From an uncultured Verrucomicrobiae bacterium (GTDB lineage Bacteria > Verrucomicrobiota > Verrucomicrobiia > Chthoniobacterales > UBA10450), in NCBI GenBank assembly GCA_963756875.1, contig CAVWPA010000002.1, positions 96,001 through 160,000 on the forward strand: DNA of 64,000 nucleotides. Direction: 5' to 3'. Positions 61,349 to 64,000 of the stretch are shown here, piece after piece (positions within the stretch are counted from its first letter, which is position 1; each line of letters opens with the position of its first letter). The position numbers and the translations under genes were made by a program. The notes below the pieces were generated by a model that was not told where the DNA came from, made no database searches, and was given only the letters and a program-made list of their open reading frames with translations.

Positions 61349-61515
61349 TTCACCGAGACATTCCCGCAATGCTAGGACCGACGAGCGATGAGCGGAGGCG
61401 AACCGGTTCGCGGCTTCCTGCAGCACAGTTGTAACTTTACTTTCCTGCCAAGGTCTGAATAATTTACTCAGCGCGAGGTTCGTCAGGCGTCTCCGCAAAT
61501 CACTCCGCTAATTCG

Positions 61516-62244
61516 ATGGATCACAACCGGAAGACAGTGATAGTTACGGGAGCGTCGCAAGGTATCGGTGCCGGCATCGCCCAGGCATTTCTCGCCCGCG
61601 GCTACGATGTGGTAGCAACCGCGCGAAGCGCGACGAAATCCAAGGAACTTTCAGCTTCCGACCATCTCGCACTGGTCGACGGCGACATCGGTCAATTTGA
61701 GACGGCGCAGAAAGTGGCCGAACTCGCGACCAGTAAGTTCGGCTCGATCGATGCCGTGGTCGCGAACGCCGGCATCTTCATAGTGAAGCCGTTCACGGAA
61801 TACACAGCGGACGACTTTCGCGCCCTCGTCTCGACCAACCTTGCAGGCTTCGTTTACATCACGCAGCTGGCGGTTAAACAGATGCAGGCGCAGAAGAGAG
61901 GCGGCAGCATCGTGAGCATCACCGCCGCGTTGGTGGACAATCCAATTGTCGGCGAGCCGGCTTCCGTGGCCATGATCACTAAGGGTGGCCTGAACGCGGT
62001 GGTGAGAAGTTTGGCTTTGGAATACGCGAAAGAGCGTATTCGATTCAACGCCGTCGCGCCGGGCGTCGTCGACACCCCGCTGCACGCCGATGCTCCGAAG
62101 GACTCGCTGAAAAGAGCTTCGCCGATGGGCTCAATCACGACGGTGGAAGACATCGCCAGCGCGGTCGTTTATCTGACAGAAGCTCGTCAAATCACAGGAG
62201 AGGTGTTGCACGTCGACGGTGGTGCGCACATTGGCAAATGGTAG
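61516..62244 (+). CDS. Short-chain dehydrogenase/reductase
   Basis: TGASQGIG, ANAG, NAVAPG and ITGEVLHVDGG. Confidence 0.92.
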   Translation: MDHNRKTVIVTGASQGIGAGIAQAFLARGYDVVATARSATKSKELSASDHLALVDGDIGQFETAQKVAELATSKFGSIDAVVANAGIFIVKPFTEYTADDFRALVSTNLAGFVYITQLAVKQMQAQKRGGSIVSITAALVDNPIVGEPASVAMITKGGLNAVVRSLALEYAKERIRFNAVAPGVVDTPLHADAPKDSLKRASPMGSITTVEDIASAVVYLTEARQITGEVLHVDGGAHIGKW

Positions 62245-62330
62245 AAAATTCCAATTCGACCGGCGCCGAGCAGCGTTTGCGGGAACTCGCCATCAAACTT
62301 CCGGAGGGAAAAAAATGCGGTCGCGTCTAA
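62238..62330 (+). pseudogene. Truncated RidA-like (YjgF family) N-terminus
   Basis: ATG overlaps the SDR end; MVENSNSTGAEQRLRELAIKLP resembles RidA N-termini, then runs into the inverted junction site and stops. Confidence 0.55.
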
Positions 62331-62342
62331 ATATTTGACATT
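62318..62342 (-). repeat. Conserved junction site, inverted copy
   Basis: Reverse complement AATGTCAAATATTTAGACGCGACCG, 21/25 identical to copies 1 and 3. Confidence 0.85.
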
Positions 62343-62461
62343 CGCGCGAGCTAAGGCCACGCAGTTCTTGGTTAATTGTTATTCGTCGGCGACGAAGCCC
62401 GGAGCATGGTGATTGCGATAACCATTGGCAGGAAGCGGGCGGATGGACATAAAGTAAGTGC

Positions 62462-63037
62462 ATGAGCAAGGCTGGTAGCGAAAAGCAGAAGCTGTCGGCG
62501 GAACAGCGTGACGAATTATTAAAGACCGTGAAGGCCCGTTTCGAAAAGAACATGAGCCGCCATAAAGGGGTCGAGTGGGCCAAAGTAGAAGCCAGGCTAA
62601 AGGCTAATGCCGACAAACTCTGGTCACTCCATGAGATGGAAAGAACCGGCGGTGAACCGGATGTGGTGGGTCAGGATAAGAAGACGGGCGAATACGTCTT
62701 CTTCGACTGTTCAGCACAAACTCCCGGTGACCGGGTAAGCCTTTGCTACGACGATGAGGCGCTGGCGGCGAGGAAAGAGCACAAGCCCAAAGGTAGCGCT
62801 GTCGGCATGGCCGCGGCCATGGGTGTTGAACTCCTGACTGAGGAGCAATATTTCGAGCTGCAGAAGCTGGGAGAATTCGATACGAAAAGATCGAGCTGGA
62901 TCAAGACGCCTGCGGAGATCAGAAAGCTCGGCGGTGCGCTTTATTGTGATCGCCGCTACGGCCGCGTCTTCGTGGGGCACAACGGCGCGGACTCCTACTA
63001 TAGCGGCCGGGCTTTCCGTGGCTCGCTCAGGGTCTGA
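62462..63037 (+). CDS. DUF4256-family protein
   Basis: RFEKNMSRH, MERTGGEPDVV, SLCYD and HNGADSYY..RAFRG. Confidence 0.85.
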   Translation: MSKAGSEKQKLSAEQRDELLKTVKARFEKNMSRHKGVEWAKVEARLKANADKLWSLHEMERTGGEPDVVGQDKKTGEYVFFDCSAQTPGDRVSLCYDDEALAARKEHKPKGSAVGMAAAMGVELLTEEQYFELQKLGEFDTKRSSWIKTPAEIRKLGGALYCDRRYGRVFVGHNGADSYYSGRAFRGSLRV

Positions 63038-63111
63038 CTTTTCGCGGGTCGCGAATCGAATTCAAAGAAATGAATTTTGAGCGGCTCCCTCGACGGTCCT
63101 CGGAGTCATGG

Positions 63112-63137
63112 AAATGTCAAAAATATAGATGCGACCC
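63112..63137 (+). repeat. Conserved 26-bp junction site, copy 3
   Basis: Identical to 60880-60905; weaker similarity extends about 45 bp upstream (AGAAATGAATTT.GAGC...TCGA). Confidence 0.9.
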
Positions 63138-63215
63138 ATCCACCACTTTACGGACCTCGGCATCGATAAAACTTTCACCCTCGCATGTCGATCCGTAGCC
63201 GGTTAGGCTCGATCT

Positions 63216-64000
63216 ATGTTGTCAAACAGCGGCAGAGTGCTTCTCGAAGATCAAAGAGTGGATCAGGACCTCGTAGATGCTAAGTTCTGCAATCACCAGC
63301 TTGTTCGACTGGTCGCGAAGAAACATCGATTTAAGGAGGTTGACTTCAGATATTCGACATTCGACGCCTGTTATCTTCGAAAGTGTGCGTTTGAGTCGTG
63401 CGACTTTACGGGTTGCCGCTTCGTCGCCAGCAACTTTTATGGGTCAACATTTGAAGGATGCATCTTTGATTATGCGATATTCGAGAGAACCATAATAGCT
63501 AGCGACCTTCTCCTAACATGCTGCCCCGCGCACGAGAATTTGAAAATGAGTTTCGCTCGGACGTTGCGTACAGTTCTGAACAACTTGGCGACGCTCATGC
63601 CACGAACGTGGCAATTAAAATTGAACTGGAGGCTACCGAGGAACATCTATACAAGGCATGGCATTCGAAAGATTACTATTATCGGTCGAAATATCCGAAG
63701 TGGAAGCGAGCCGTTGCGTTCTGGAATTGGCTCAAGTTCAAATTTCTAGATTGGATTTGGGGGAACGGCGAAAGCGCGCTAAAGCTCTTGTATGCGGTTC
63801 TCGCCGTACTCGCGCTAATAGCGGTACGCGATGTTTTTCTGCGCCGGGACCCATCGCAACTTCTTGATTATTTCGCCGCGGCTGTCGACGCGCCGCAGAT
63901 ATTTCTCGGAACGCTTGTGCCTTCGGGCTACTCCGCTGGATATCTAGCTGTTATCGTTTTTTTCAGATTGGTGGCTTTCGCGTTCTTGATGTCTATCGTT
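63216..64000 (+). CDS. Pentapeptide-repeat protein with C-terminal membrane domain; two apparent frameshifts; runs off the window
   Basis: F....F.... pentapeptide repeats; shifts near 63573 and 63724 restore ...EQLGD...LDWIWGNGES + TM helices. Confidence 0.7.

Noticed and set aside
62335..62365. TTGACA in the inverted junction site as the -35 of a DUF4256 promoter
   Set aside because: No acceptable -10 hexamer at 16-18 bp spacing

Overview
Bacterial chromosome window, most likely soil Verrucomicrobiota (Spartobacteria/Chthoniobacterales-like). This is inferred from gene content, a TGTTC-N4-GAAC LexA-type box and the repeat style, not from a database search. About 1-58.9 kb is mostly housekeeping and metabolic: smpB, thpR, ruvA, tRNA-Ser(TGA), egtB-egtD plus an ABC transporter, tatA, glnA-glnB, dnaE, ald, rnpA-yidD-yidC-jag, TamB/TamA-like genes, and a TPP riboswitch with thiC. 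Over this sits a very dense and modular set of small palindromic elements: GTAG-type REP doublets, GTCAT-type doublets, 7- and 9-mer tandem repeats, 20-30 bp nested modules, a 281-bp MITE, and one RAYT-type HUH nuclease gene flanked by its own REP doublets. Several of these elements lie in-frame inside proteins (DnaE, EgtB, ThiC, an SPL-like radical SAM enzyme, an ABC permease) or supply stop codons. The best candidate for an undescribed system is the accessory region after thiC (58.9-64 kb). It begins with a diverged second copy of the thiC 3' end. It then continues as cassette-like cargo separated by a recurring 25-26 bp site (AAATGTCAAAAATATAGATGCGACCC), present twice direct and once inverted; the inverted copy coincides with truncation of a RidA-like gene. 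Five genes carry 1-bp frameshifts, many in short homopolymers, probably long-read assembly errors. No CRISPR array or rRNA was seen. All product calls come from motif recognition by eye.
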